Part shown: positions 1-9,036 of the stretch, piece after piece | Position numbering within the stretch: the stretch's first letter is position 1 | How the letters are laid out: every line of letters begins with the position of its first letter | Assembly: GCA_964576115.1 (NCBI GenBank) | Contig: CAZNUA010000010.1 | Coordinates: 62,001-93,039 of the forward strand | Origin: an uncultured Gemmatimonadota bacterium | Lineage (GTDB): Bacteria > Blakebacterota > Blakebacteria > Blakebacterales > Blakebacteraceae | DNA length: 31,039 nucleotides | Reading direction: 5' to 3' | Notes under the pieces: model-generated | What the model saw: only the letters and a program-made list of their open reading frames with translations | Database searches by the model: none | What the model was told of the DNA's origin: nothing | Program-made: the position numbers and the translations under genes

Positions 1-1
1 G

Positions 2-883
2 TCGCAGCAGGGGATGGCCCAGCCGATGCCGCTCGGGATGGACAACTGGCTGGCGCACTACGGCGTCCGGGTCCGCCCGGGGCTGGTTATGGATCGCTCC
101 AATCAGCCGATTTTCATGACCAGCCAGCGGGGCATCTTCCGGGTCCAGGAGCAGGTTCCCTATCCCTTCTTCCCGGCCGTGCGGAATTACAACCGGGAGC
201 ATCCTATCTCCAAGGATCTCCCCGATATGGTCTTTTTCTACGCCAGTCCGATCGACACCTCGCTCAGTCCGCCCGATTCGACCGCCTCGAGCGAGTTCCT
301 GCAGTTTGTGCCCGACACCCTGAACGCCTGGCCGGCAGTGCCGCCCCGGGTCGACGTCGAGCCGATCATCTATACCAGCCGGCATTCCAGCCTGCAGGAG
401 GAGTTCTTCTTCATCGCTCCCAACCAGGCCATGGCCGAAGGCAACTTCAGAGGCGGGCCCTATCCCCTGGCCGCTACTGTGACCGGCGAGTTCTCGAGCG
501 CCTTTGCGGCCGCTCCCGCCGTTCCAGACTCGATCGAGCTGACGCCCCACCTGGACGGGCCGATCGAGAACCGGCTGGTGGTGGTGGGGGACGCCACTTT
601 CATCGAGGACAATTACACGCGGATGCTGGAGGGGCGGAACCTGCCCCTGATGCAGAACGTCACCGACTGGCTCTTCCAGGAGGAAGGCCTGATCGGCATC
701 CGGGCCAAGGAGATCGACCACCGCCCGCTGAGCGAACTCGGCAACGCTCCCCGGGTCGTGGTGAAGTGGCTCAACATCCTGCTGCCCCCGATCCTGGCGA
801 TCCTGGCGGGAGTGATGTGGTGGCGGTACCGGCGGCGTCCGGTCCGTCAGCGTCTGCAGGCCCTGACAGCGACGGAGGAATGA
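2..883 (+). CDS. GldG-like / ABC-type uncharacterized transport system auxiliary protein (5'-truncated by window)
   Basis: Frame is open from the window edge. Motifs 'GLVMDRS', 'PYPFFP', 'GPYPLAATVTG', 'RLVVVGDATF', 'NVTDWL...GLIGIRAKEI..RPL' and a C-terminal TM helix followed by a basic tail (WWRYRRR) are typical of GldG/ABC_transp_aux proteins. Confidence 0.8.
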   Translation, partial: SQQGMAQPMPLGMDNWLAHYGVRVRPGLVMDRSNQPIFMTSQRGIFRVQEQVPYPFFPAVRNYNREHPISKDLPDMVFFYASPIDTSLSPPDSTASSEFLQFVPDTLNAWPAVPPRVDVEPIIYTSRHSSLQEEFFFIAPNQAMAEGNFRGGPYPLAATVTGEFSSAFAAAPAVPDSIELTPHLDGPIENRLVVVGDATFIEDNYTRMLEGRNLPLMQNVTDWLFQEEGLIGIRAKEIDHRPLSELGNAPRVVVKWLNILLPPILAILAGVMWWRYRRRPVRQRLQALTATEE

Positions 884-886
884 CAG

Positions 887-1870
887 ATGGCAGAGAGTAC
901 GCGCAGACTTCTGATCGTTTTCACGGTCCTGCTCCTGGCTACCGCGGTCTGGTCTGTCGCCCAGAAGCGTAGGACGACCAGTCGGGAAAGGTCGTTCGGG
1001 CGGGTTGATGTCGAAGATGTGGTCAAGATCGAGATTACCGGTCAGGGCAAAGAGGTCATGCTCGAGCACCACGGAGGGCGCTGGATGCTGACCGAACCGC
1101 TCGAGTACCCGGCCAACCAGACCGCCGTCGAGGACCTGCTCGAAAAGACAGGCGAGCTGGCGGTCGTGAACCTGGTCTCGAGCAATCCCGGCAACCACGA
1201 TCTCTACGAAGTGGGACATGACACCGGGATGCTGGTGCGTCTCTTCGGCGGCCGCGACGGAAACCGGGAACTCTTCGCCTACTACGTGGGCAAGATGACG
1301 AGCGACTTCAACCATACCTACGTCAGAGAGTTCGGCCAGAATGACGTCTATACCGCCACCGGGCTGTTGAGCGGGTACGTCGACAAGGAGGTGGGCGCCT
1401 GGCGGGACCGCACCATCCTCGATCTGCCGCTCGAGACCATCCAGGAGGTGCACGCCGCAAAGGACTCGATCGAGTACGTTCTGGCCCGCCGGGGTCGTCT
1501 GGCCGGTGCGCCCGACACGCCCTGGACGGTGCTCTATGCCGGCGATTCCGAACCCGTGGAGGCCGACTCGAGCCAGGCGGTACGGATCGCCCGCAAGCTG
1601 GCCTCCCTTTCGGCCAGCGGCTTCCCGGTCTTCGAAGGCGAAGTGTCGGTCGACTGGGAGGAGCCTCTCGGTTCGCTGCGGGTGGTCATGACCGACGGCT
1701 CGAGCCACGAGGTCCGGATCTGGGAGATCCCCGACGATCAGAACCGCTTCTATGTGCGCCGGGATGCCGGGGAGACGGTCTTCCTGATGTACAGGAGTAA
1801 TCTCGACCTCCTCTGGCAGCAGCGTGAGGACCTGGCGGTCGGAGAGAGCGGCGATCCCGGTTCGGGCTGA
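887..1870 (+). CDS. DUF4340 domain-containing membrane-anchored protein
   Basis: N-terminal TM anchor; 'WMLTEPLEYPANQTAVEDLL', 'YEVG', 'WRDRTIL' and a duplicated domain. Sits directly after the GldG-like gene, the usual context. RBS GGAGGA upstream. Confidence 0.75.
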   Translation: MAESTRRLLIVFTVLLLATAVWSVAQKRRTTSRERSFGRVDVEDVVKIEITGQGKEVMLEHHGGRWMLTEPLEYPANQTAVEDLLEKTGELAVVNLVSSNPGNHDLYEVGHDTGMLVRLFGGRDGNRELFAYYVGKMTSDFNHTYVREFGQNDVYTATGLLSGYVDKEVGAWRDRTILDLPLETIQEVHAAKDSIEYVLARRGRLAGAPDTPWTVLYAGDSEPVEADSSQAVRIARKLASLSASGFPVFEGEVSVDWEEPLGSLRVVMTDGSSHEVRIWEIPDDQNRFYVRRDAGETVFLMYRSNLDLLWQQREDLAVGESGDPGSG

Positions 1871-1894
1871 TCGGACCCGGACGGGGGGGCGCTG

Positions 1895-2536
1895 ATGCAC
1901 CCGCCGCAGATGCCGCCGGCCTGGGAGCGGTTCCGCGAGGTGGGACCGCTCTCGGCTTTTTTCGGCACCCTGTTCGATATCCTGCGGGCTCCGGGAGCTT
2001 TTTTCTCCCGTCTGCCGACCGACGGGTCCGTCCGGGCGGCTCTGGTCTTCTGGGTCGTGACCACCCTGCCTCCCTTCGTCGTCTCCGGTATCGAGGGCTA
2101 CAGTTTCATGCAGGAGACGATCGACATCATCATGACCGCTCCCCGGGCGGGGATGTTCGAAGTCCCCTGGTGGATCTTCGTGATCGTGGCGCCCCTGGTC
2201 CAGTTCGCCAGCCTGCTCTGCGGGCTGGCCATGGTGCATCTGATCCTGACCCTGCTCGGCCACGCCCGCGGCGGGTGGAGGGGCACCTGGCGGGCGGGGG
2301 GATATGCCTCGGCCCCGGCCGTGCTGGGCTTCCTGCCCCTCATCGGGGTACTCGTGGCCGGTCTCTGGACGGCGGTGCTGCAGTATGTGGCTCTCAGGCG
2401 GGTGCATGCCGCTCCGGTCTGGGCGGTCCTGCTGGCCTACCTCATCCCGGTCGTGGCGGTTCTCCTCATCGCCGTCGGTCTGGTTCTGGTCGTCATCGCC
2501 TTCGTGGCCCCCTCGTTCCTGGGTCTGCCGGCCTGA
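1895..2536 (+). CDS. Yip1-family multi-pass membrane protein
   Basis: 'PAWE...FFGTLFDILRAPGAFFSRL' N-terminus, about 5 hydrophobic helices, 'GTWRAGGYASAP..LGFLPLIG' motif. Confidence 0.7.
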   Translation: MHPPQMPPAWERFREVGPLSAFFGTLFDILRAPGAFFSRLPTDGSVRAALVFWVVTTLPPFVVSGIEGYSFMQETIDIIMTAPRAGMFEVPWWIFVIVAPLVQFASLLCGLAMVHLILTLLGHARGGWRGTWRAGGYASAPAVLGFLPLIGVLVAGLWTAVLQYVALRRVHAAPVWAVLLAYLIPVVAVLLIAVGLVLVVIAFVAPSFLGLPA

Positions 2537-2642
2537 GTCGATCCCGATCCGGATCAGGGCCCGTTCCCACCGGAGCTTCCCCGCTTCCCTTTTTTCCCTG
2601 CCGGTGGTTACATGACACTCGAACCCCCGCCGGAACCGGAGA

Positions 2643-5261
2643 ATGGCCATGCGCCCTGATCGACGCTGTCGCTGTCTGTCTCTGACCCTCCTGACCTCTC
2701 TTCTCGCTCTCCCACCCGCCCCGGCTGCGGCCCAGTCCGGCGGGCAGATGCTTACCGGTCCCGCCCGCCCGGAAGCGTATGTCGATGCCATCGGGCGCTC
2801 AGCCGCCTGGATGGGCACCGAGAGCGGCGAGTTGGAAGCCTGGGTCTGGCCCTGGAAGGTTGTCCACGCCTTCAACCTGACCGTGCGGACCGGCGAGGTG
2901 GGCAGCGAGATCGATCTGGCCGGCCTGGCCCGGAGCGTATCCATCCATCCCTATGCGGTCGAGATTTCCTACGTGCACTCCCGCTTCGGTCTCCGGCAGA
3001 CGATCTTCGCCCACGCCACCGAACCGATTCTCGTCATGCGGCTCGAGATCGACACCAGCACCGACCTGACCCTGATTCCCAGCTTCATCCCCGATCTGGA
3101 ACCGATGTGGCCGGGCGGCATGGGCGGGCAGTACGCCTACTACGACCAGGCGGTGCCGGGGTATGTGCTGAGCGAAAGCCGGGGGAGCGTGAATGCGGTC
3201 GTAGCCTGCTCCGAAGCCGCGCGAGGTTCATCGGCCCCCGCCCACCAGCTGGCCGGAGCGAGCGCCTTCGAGATCGAAGTCGACCGCCGGCGGGCCGCTG
3301 CCGGACCGATCACACTGGTCATCACCGGCGGGCAGGAAGCCCGCGAGACAACCCTCGAGCGGGCTCGCCGGATCCTGGAAGGCGCCGGGGGGTTGCTCGC
3401 TGAAAGAGAAGCCGCCTGGCAGGCGCAGCCGCAGGCCGGCACGCTCGCCCTCTCGATGCCCGCTCTGGAGGAAGCCTGGCGCTGGGCGGTCAGTTCGCTC
3501 ACCGACGGCTTGCAGTACTCACCCGGTCTGGGTACCGGCCTGGTGGCCGGATTCGGGCCCACCGGGAACGGTTACCGGCCGGGCTTTTCCTGGTACTTCG
3601 GAGGTGATACCAGCATCAACTCTCTCGGCCTGGTGGCGGCGGGGCAGGGGTGGGTCCTGGCCGAAGCCTTTCCCTTCCTCGAAAAATACCAGCGCGAGGA
3701 CGGGAAGATGATGCACGAGCTGACCCGCTCGGCACCTCTGCTGGACTGGTTCGGTGACTATCCCTATGCCTATATCCACGGCGATACGTCGCCTTTTTAC
3801 ATCGTGGCGGTGGCCAACTACTGGCGCTGGACCGGTGACGAGGAACTCCTGCAGAATTCCTGGCCGCATCTGCTCCGGGCGTATGAGTTCGGGCTCTGGG
3901 CCGATGAGGACGGCGACGGGCTCATGGACAACTCCCGGGCCGGGCTGGGGGCCTCGGAGCTGGGCAGTCTGCGCGAAGGACTCAAGACCGGGGTCTTCAT
4001 CGCCACCGTCTGGACCCGGGCCCTGGCCGACCTGGCCGATATGGCCGCCGCTGTGGGTGAAACCGATCGGGTCGCGGAATTCGAGGCCGCTCACGAACGG
4101 GCCCGTACCCGCCTGGGGGAACTCTTCATCGATCCGGTCACGCGGACCCTCAACTTCGGGGTGGCGGTTTCGGGCGAACCGAAAAACGATGTCACCGCCT
4201 GGGCGGCCTTTCCGCTTGCCTTCGGGCTGCTCGAGGGCGAGGCCGCCGAAAACACTCTCGACCTGATTGCCTCGGCTCGCCTGACCACCGACTGGGGCAT
4301 CCGGATGCTGGCCGAGGACAGTCCCTTCTACAACCCGGTGGGCTACAACAACGGCGCCGTCTGGCCCTTCCTGACAGGCTATGCCGCCCTGGCCGAATAC
4401 GCCTCCGGGCGTCGGCATGCAGGCTATCAGCACCTGCTCCAGCTGGCCGCCAACACCTTCATCGACGCCCGCGGCCGTCATCCCGAGGTGATGAGCGGGG
4501 ATTACTTCACCGCCCTGGAAACCAGCGTTCCCCATCAGCTCTTCTCTTCCAGCCCCATCCCGGCGGTACTGATCCGGGGCCTGCTGGGGCTCGAGGTCAA
4601 TCTGCCTGAGAACCTCATCACCGTCAGCCCACAGCTCCCCGGCGGGTGGAATCGTTTCCTGATCTATGGATATCCGCTCGGGAACGGCGAGACCATCGAC
4701 CTGAGCGTGAATAGCGCCCGTGAGCAGTACCGGCTCACTCTCCGGGCGCCCGAAGGACTCGCGGTCCGGTTCGCACCCCGTCCTCTGCCCCTGGAGCGTC
4801 TGCGGGGCTCCGGCACAGCCGATGGCGTGGTGCAGGGGGGCGAGCTGGTCCTGAGCGTGGAAAGACGCCGTTCCGGTTTCGCCCTGATCCTCGACTCCGA
4901 ATACCGCGCTCCGCTCGAAGAGGCGGTCACCCGGATCATCTCACGTCTGGGAGAGGCGCCCGACGATCTGCGGATCATCCGGGTCGAAGAGGTCGATGAC
5001 GACACCGTCCGGCTCGTGCTCGAAGGCCGGATCGGCGTCGAGTACTGCCTGCCCTTCACCGGCGGGGTCGAGGACGTGGACCCGGTCACGTCCCTGCCGG
5101 TCCGGATCGGATCGGTCGAGCAGTACGTCGACGAACTCGAATCCGGTCAGCACCTCTATGCGACCGGAACGGGTCTGTTCTTCACGGTCGGCGCCGATAC
5201 CGGCACAGCGGTCGGGGTCGACGATTACCGGCGGTTCGAGATCGTGCTGCGCTGCCGGTGA
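2643..5261 (+). CDS. Secreted glycoside hydrolase, (alpha/alpha)6 barrel (amylo-alpha-1,6-glucosidase / GDE_C-like)
   Basis: Signal peptide ending PAAA-Q; motifs 'RPGFSWYFGGD', 'QREDGKMMHE', 'YIHGDTSPFY', 'DEDGDGLMDN', 'DWGIRML', 'YNNGAVWPF', 'HQLFSS'. Confidence 0.75.
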   Translation: MAMRPDRRCRCLSLTLLTSLLALPPAPAAAQSGGQMLTGPARPEAYVDAIGRSAAWMGTESGELEAWVWPWKVVHAFNLTVRTGEVGSEIDLAGLARSVSIHPYAVEISYVHSRFGLRQTIFAHATEPILVMRLEIDTSTDLTLIPSFIPDLEPMWPGGMGGQYAYYDQAVPGYVLSESRGSVNAVVACSEAARGSSAPAHQLAGASAFEIEVDRRRAAAGPITLVITGGQEARETTLERARRILEGAGGLLAEREAAWQAQPQAGTLALSMPALEEAWRWAVSSLTDGLQYSPGLGTGLVAGFGPTGNGYRPGFSWYFGGDTSINSLGLVAAGQGWVLAEAFPFLEKYQREDGKMMHELTRSAPLLDWFGDYPYAYIHGDTSPFYIVAVANYWRWTGDEELLQNSWPHLLRAYEFGLWADEDGDGLMDNSRAGLGASELGSLREGLKTGVFIATVWTRALADLADMAAAVGETDRVAEFEAAHERARTRLGELFIDPVTRTLNFGVAVSGEPKNDVTAWAAFPLAFGLLEGEAAENTLDLIASARLTTDWGIRMLAEDSPFYNPVGYNNGAVWPFLTGYAALAEYASGRRHAGYQHLLQLAANTFIDARGRHPEVMSGDYFTALETSVPHQLFSSSPIPAVLIRGLLGLEVNLPENLITVSPQLPGGWNRFLIYGYPLGNGETIDLSVNSAREQYRLTLRAPEGLAVRFAPRPLPLERLRGSGTADGVVQGGELVLSVERRRSGFALILDSEYRAPLEEAVTRIISRLGEAPDDLRIIRVEEVDDDTVRLVLEGRIGVEYCLPFTGGVEDVDPVTSLPVRIGSVEQYVDELESGQHLYATGTGLFFTVGADTGTAVGVDDYRRFEIVLRCR

Positions 5262-5267
5262 ACCGTC

Positions 5268-5519
5268 TCAGATCCGGTCGAGGAAATCCGTCAGGAGACT
5301 GAGAAAAAGATCGGGCTGATCAAGGAAGGGCCAGTGCCCGGCCTCGGGAACGACCTGACACCGCACGCCCGCCTCATCGAGCCGGGAACGCGAATATTCC
5401 CCCAGACCGTGAATCCAGAGCAGGGGCGGTGAGGGAGACACCACGGCGGCCGGATCGGGGACGATCTCCGGCAGGTACAGGCCGCGGTCCATGTGGTGTA
5501 TGATCGCCGGGGAATTCAT
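5268..5519 (-). pseudogene. Alpha/beta-hydrolase remnant with large in-frame internal deletion
   Basis: The 83-aa ORF joins the N-terminal oxyanion motif 'PPLLWIHGLGE' almost directly to the C-terminal catalytic-His motif 'VVPEAGHWPFLDQPDLF'. There is no GxSxG nucleophile elbow. Confidence 0.6.
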
Positions 5520-5540
5520 TGCCGAACCGACCTCGCCGCC

Positions 5541-6164
5541 CTACCAGATAGGCACGGCCAGGCAACCGGAGAAGAGCAGCCAGGTGGCGGTACCTTCGGT
5601 GCCTTCTATGAAAGTGAATCGGGACGTGTGCAGATCGAGGGACAGATCGATAGCGAACAATCCGGTCGATAAAATGGTCCCCCCCCCGAAGGTATACCCG
5701 GGGACGGGGTCATCGGTATGCCCGCAGGGACTCTGATCCCTGGTTCCCGTGATTTCATAGACATACCGGCCCACGCCGGCCTGGACGTATGGCCGGTGAT
5801 CCGCGGCGTTGGGGACGTAGTACCGTATTCCGGCGATCAGGGCCCGGGCCTGGTGGGTTGTGACTTCGACCTCTTCTCCGAGAAACTCCTCGTACATGAT
5901 CTCATCGAAGCCAAACCTGTGTCCGATCCAGGCTACCGAGAGGGCCAGCCGTTCGGTCAGGGCTGCGCAGATTCGACCAGTGACACCGAACTCGCTGGTG
6001 GCCAGGCCGCCCGTCCCGGGATCCACGGCGGCCAGGTCACCGACCGGCATCGTCAGGTCGGCCCCGGCCTGGATCAGAAATCGGGCCGGCTGTTGGGCCG
6101 CGGTCGGCGACGCGGACAGAATGAGGCTCAGAACGATGATTACGGCGGGTAGCGGCAGACGCAT
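5541..6164 (-). CDS. Small outer-membrane beta-barrel protein (OmpW/OMP_b-brl-like)
   Basis: Signal peptide (TAA-QQ), alternating beta-strand patterns ('AGIRYY', 'RPYVQAGVGRY', 'GYTFGGG'), C-terminal Trp. Confidence 0.7.
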   Translation of the reverse strand: MRLPLPAVIIVLSLILSASPTAAQQPARFLIQAGADLTMPVGDLAAVDPGTGGLATSEFGVTGRICAALTERLALSVAWIGHRFGFDEIMYEEFLGEEVEVTTHQARALIAGIRYYVPNAADHRPYVQAGVGRYVYEITGTRDQSPCGHTDDPVPGYTFGGGTILSTGLFAIDLSLDLHTSRFTFIEGTEGTATWLLFSGCLAVPIW

Positions 6165-6307
6165 ATGCGATTCCCTCTGGCTGTGTTCCGTTCCCGGGTA
6201 GATAGGGTAGGCACCGGTACCGACTCGTCCAGAGGAAGGACGTCTCTGAACCCGGATCTGTTCAGCTCCTGCCGGCCGGATCGGACTCGGGCGAAAACCG
6301 GTTTGTC

Positions 6308-6336
6308 TTGCCCGTATTTCTCTCCTGGATTATAAT
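6308..6336 (+). promoter_or_regulatory. Sigma70-type promoter of the TetR/efflux operon
   Basis: TTGCCC (6308-6313), 17-bp spacer, TATAAT (6331-6336) in an AT-rich patch. Confidence 0.8.
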
Positions 6337-6337
6337 T

Positions 6338-6355
6338 TAACTAACTGGTTAGTTA
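6338..6355. promoter_or_regulatory. Probable TetR operator (inverted repeat over the transcription start)
   Basis: TAACTAAC-TG-GTTAGTTA, perfect 8-bp arms, starting 2 bp after the -10 box. Confidence 0.75.
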
Positions 6356-6384
6356 GTGTCCATCCGGAAACTCCGGATGGACAC
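6356..6384 (+). other. 13-bp perfect hairpin in the 5' leader of tetR
   Basis: GTGTCCATCCGGA-AAC-TCCGGATGGACAC. Confidence 0.6.
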
Positions 6385-6461
6385 GATCGTGGTTCCCGAG
6401 GCGGAAAGGAGCCGTTTCCGGACGGGAACTGGTGAAGAGACTCCTGAAGGAGACCTCTGCG

Positions 6462-7109
6462 ATGTCAGCTGTCCAATCCCGGACCTCCGATTCGCGCGAA
6501 CGGATCCTCGATGCCGCTACCCTGCATTTCTCCGAACACGGCTATGAGGGCGCCCGCACCCAGGCTATCGCCGATGAAGCCGGGGTCAACAAGGCCATGC
6601 TCTACTACCATTTCCGCGACAAAGAGCATCTGTATCAGGAAACCCTGATCCATAATTTCGTCGGGCTCTTCATGAAGGTCTTTCCCCTCTTTCTGCAGCG
6701 GGACCAGCCCGCCGGAGAGCGCCTGCTGACGATTACCGAACTCTACCACAGCTTCATGGGGGCCAATCCCCTGGTCCGCTCGATCATGCTCCGCGAGCTG
6801 GCCGCGGGCGGTCAGCATCTGAAACCGATCGTCGAGCGGGTTCTCGGGAGTATCCCGGGTCTGGATGGGCCGCGGGTGATAAGGGAGGTGGAGTGGATGA
6901 TGGAACAGGGCGAAATCCAGGAGGGCGATCCCCGGCAGGTTTTTCTGCACCTGCTCTCACTGACCATTTTCCCGTATGCCGCCCGGCCGCTGCTCGAGAT
7001 CCTCTGGGATCTCGAGGAGGGCGAGTACGATGACATCATCGACCGGCGCCCGGCGGCCATTGCCGAACTGATCAGACACGGCCTCATTATCGACGAGGAG
7101 GGTTCGTGA
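6462..7109 (+). CDS. TetR/AcrR family transcriptional regulator (CecR/YbiH-like context)
   Basis: HTH 'RERILDAATLHFSEHGYEGARTQAIADEAGVNKAMLYYHFRDKEHLY'. ATG at 6462 follows RBS AAGGAG. Confidence 0.92.
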   Translation: MSAVQSRTSDSRERILDAATLHFSEHGYEGARTQAIADEAGVNKAMLYYHFRDKEHLYQETLIHNFVGLFMKVFPLFLQRDQPAGERLLTITELYHSFMGANPLVRSIMLRELAAGGQHLKPIVERVLGSIPGLDGPRVIREVEWMMEQGEIQEGDPRQVFLHLLSLTIFPYAARPLLEILWDLEEGEYDDIIDRRPAAIAELIRHGLIIDEEGS

Positions 7110-8113
7110 TGTACCTGCAGACGGAACGCCCTGTCCCGCGATCGTGCTCGCAGGGACGACAGCACAGGTCCCGCCTGCTTCGCTGTGTGACTCTCGCCAT
7201 CCGGCGGCGGCTCCATACGGTTCTGGCGGGAGTCGCGATCGCAGCCGGGGGGATGTTGCTCGCCGGCTGTGCCGAGGAAGAGCCGGCGCCCCTCTGGGGT
7301 TCGGGGGTGCTCGAAGCCGAAGAGGTCATCTGTGCAGCCACCATCGGTGGACGCCTGCTCGACCGGCCGGTCGAAGAAGGGGACCTGGTCGCGGCCGGCG
7401 ACCTGATTGCCCGGATCGAGACGACCGCGCTCATCGAGGCCCGCGACCTGGCCCGGGTCGGTCTCGAGGCGGTCCGGGTCGAGCGCCGCCAGGCCGAAAC
7501 CGCCCTGGCCGCGGCTCACGAACAGCTCGACTCCGCAATGCGGGAGCGTGACCGGGTGGCCGCTCTGGTGGCGGGCGATGCCGCGCCGCAGGCCCGGCTC
7601 GATGAACTGGAGACGGCGGTCGAACTGGCCCGCACGCAGGTCGAAAAGGCCGAGAGAGCCTTCGAGATCTTTCCGGTCCGCGAGCGTGAGATCGGTCTGC
7701 GACTGGCTTCGCTCGACCGTCAGATCGGAGAGGGTACCCTCACCGCCCCCCGAGCCGGCACGGTCCTCACCGTCTATGCCGAACCGGGGGAAGTGATCGC
7801 ACCGGGGCAGGGGATCGTCCGGATCGCCGACCTGAGTGAACTCCACGTGCGGGTCTACCTGCCGGCGCCCCTCATCGGCCGGGTTCGGCCGGGGGGCGAG
7901 GCCGGGGTGCGGGTGGATGCCTGGCCCGAGCGCGTTTTCACCGGACGGGTGGTGCACATCGCCGAGGAAGCCGAGTTCACGCCCAAGAACGTGCAGACCG
8001 CCGAAGCCCGGGCCGACCTGGTTTTCGCCGTGAAGGTAGCCGTTCCCAATCCCGAGGGGCGGCTCAAGATCGGCCTGCCGGCCGACGTGGATCTGCCGGA
8101 GATATCGCCGTGA
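7106..8113 (+). CDS. HlyD-family periplasmic adaptor subunit (YbhG-like)
   Basis: 'GSGVLEAEEV', lipoyl halves 'VEEGDLVAAGDLIARI' and 'LTAPRAGTV', coiled coil, 'AEFTPKNVQT...LVFAVKV...LKIGLPADV'. LLAGC lipobox-like motif. Exact start uncertain. Confidence 0.9.
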   Translation: MMYLQTERPVPRSCSQGRQHRSRLLRCVTLAIRRRLHTVLAGVAIAAGGMLLAGCAEEEPAPLWGSGVLEAEEVICAATIGGRLLDRPVEEGDLVAAGDLIARIETTALIEARDLARVGLEAVRVERRQAETALAAAHEQLDSAMRERDRVAALVAGDAAPQARLDELETAVELARTQVEKAERAFEIFPVREREIGLRLASLDRQIGEGTLTAPRAGTVLTVYAEPGEVIAPGQGIVRIADLSELHVRVYLPAPLIGRVRPGGEAGVRVDAWPERVFTGRVVHIAEEAEFTPKNVQTAEARADLVFAVKVAVPNPEGRLKIGLPADVDLPEISP

Positions 8114-9036
8114 GCGTTCAGCTCTCCGCCACCGGGCTCCGGAAGTGCTACCGGGGCCTGCCCGCCGTCGAGGCGCTCTCGCTCGAGCTCGAGGCCGGGA
8201 CCATTCTGGGTCTGCTCGGCCCCGATGGAGCGGGCAAGACAACCACCATGCGGTTGCTGACCGGCCTGATCCGCCCCGACGGCGGGCAGGTCTTCCTCGA
8301 TTCCCGCGATGTGACGGGGCAGCGGGCTTCGAGCGGCCGGATCGGCTACATGCCACAGAGATTCAGCCTCTATCCAGATCTCACGGTCGAGGAAAACCTC
8401 CTTTTTTATGCCCGGCTATTCGGGGTGCGACGGATCGAGCGGCGCGAGCGGATGACGCGTCTGCTTGACTTCGCCCGGCTCGAACCCTTCCGGCGCCGGC
8501 GGGCGGGAGCCCTCTCGGGAGGGATGAAACAGAAACTGGCGCTCTCCTGCACCCTTATCCACGCCCCCGACGTGCTTCTGCTCGATGAACCCACCACCGG
8601 GGTCGATCCGATCAGCCGGGTCGAACTGTGGGATATCCTGCACCAGCTTCAGGCCGACGGTGTCGCCCTGCTGGTCTCGACCCCCTATATGGACGAAGCC
8701 GATCGCTGCGACGAGGTCATGATCATGCGTGAGGGCCGGGTTCTGACCCGCGGCACGCCGGCCCGACTGCGCCGCAGTTTCGATGCCGCTCTGTTCGAAG
8801 TCGCCGTCGAACCTCTCGGCGAGGCAGCCCGGTTGCTGGAGAGCATCGACTGGATCGGGGAGGTCGTTCCCTTCGGTACCAGCCTGCACGTTACCCTCGA
8901 CGATCCGCAGCGCGACGCCGCAGCGCTCAGAACCCTCCTCGAAGAGGCCGGGCTCGAGGTCGACCGTGTCGACCCGGCCGAACCGAGCCTGGAGGATGTC
9001 TTCGTGGCTCTGGCCCGAGAGGGAGTGCAGGCATGA
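8110..9036 (+). CDS. ABC transporter ATP-binding protein (YbhF N-half-like)
   Basis: Walker A GPDGAGKTT, signature LSGGMKQK, Walker B LLLDEPT. Confidence 0.93.
   Translation: MSVQLSATGLRKCYRGLPAVEALSLELEAGTILGLLGPDGAGKTTTMRLLTGLIRPDGGQVFLDSRDVTGQRASSGRIGYMPQRFSLYPDLTVEENLLFYARLFGVRRIERRERMTRLLDFARLEPFRRRRAGALSGGMKQKLALSCTLIHAPDVLLLDEPTTGVDPISRVELWDILHQLQADGVALLVSTPYMDEADRCDEVMIMREGRVLTRGTPARLRRSFDAALFEVAVEPLGEAARLLESIDWIGEVVPFGTSLHVTLDDPQRDAAALRTLLEEAGLEVDRVDPAEPSLEDVFVALAREGVQA

Noticed and set aside
6812-8356. Long antisense ORFs (for example 6812-8356, 19194-20921, 9716-10942, 3519-4535)
   Set aside because: They lie opposite clearly recognisable genes and have no motifs; shadow ORFs are expected in high-GC DNA.
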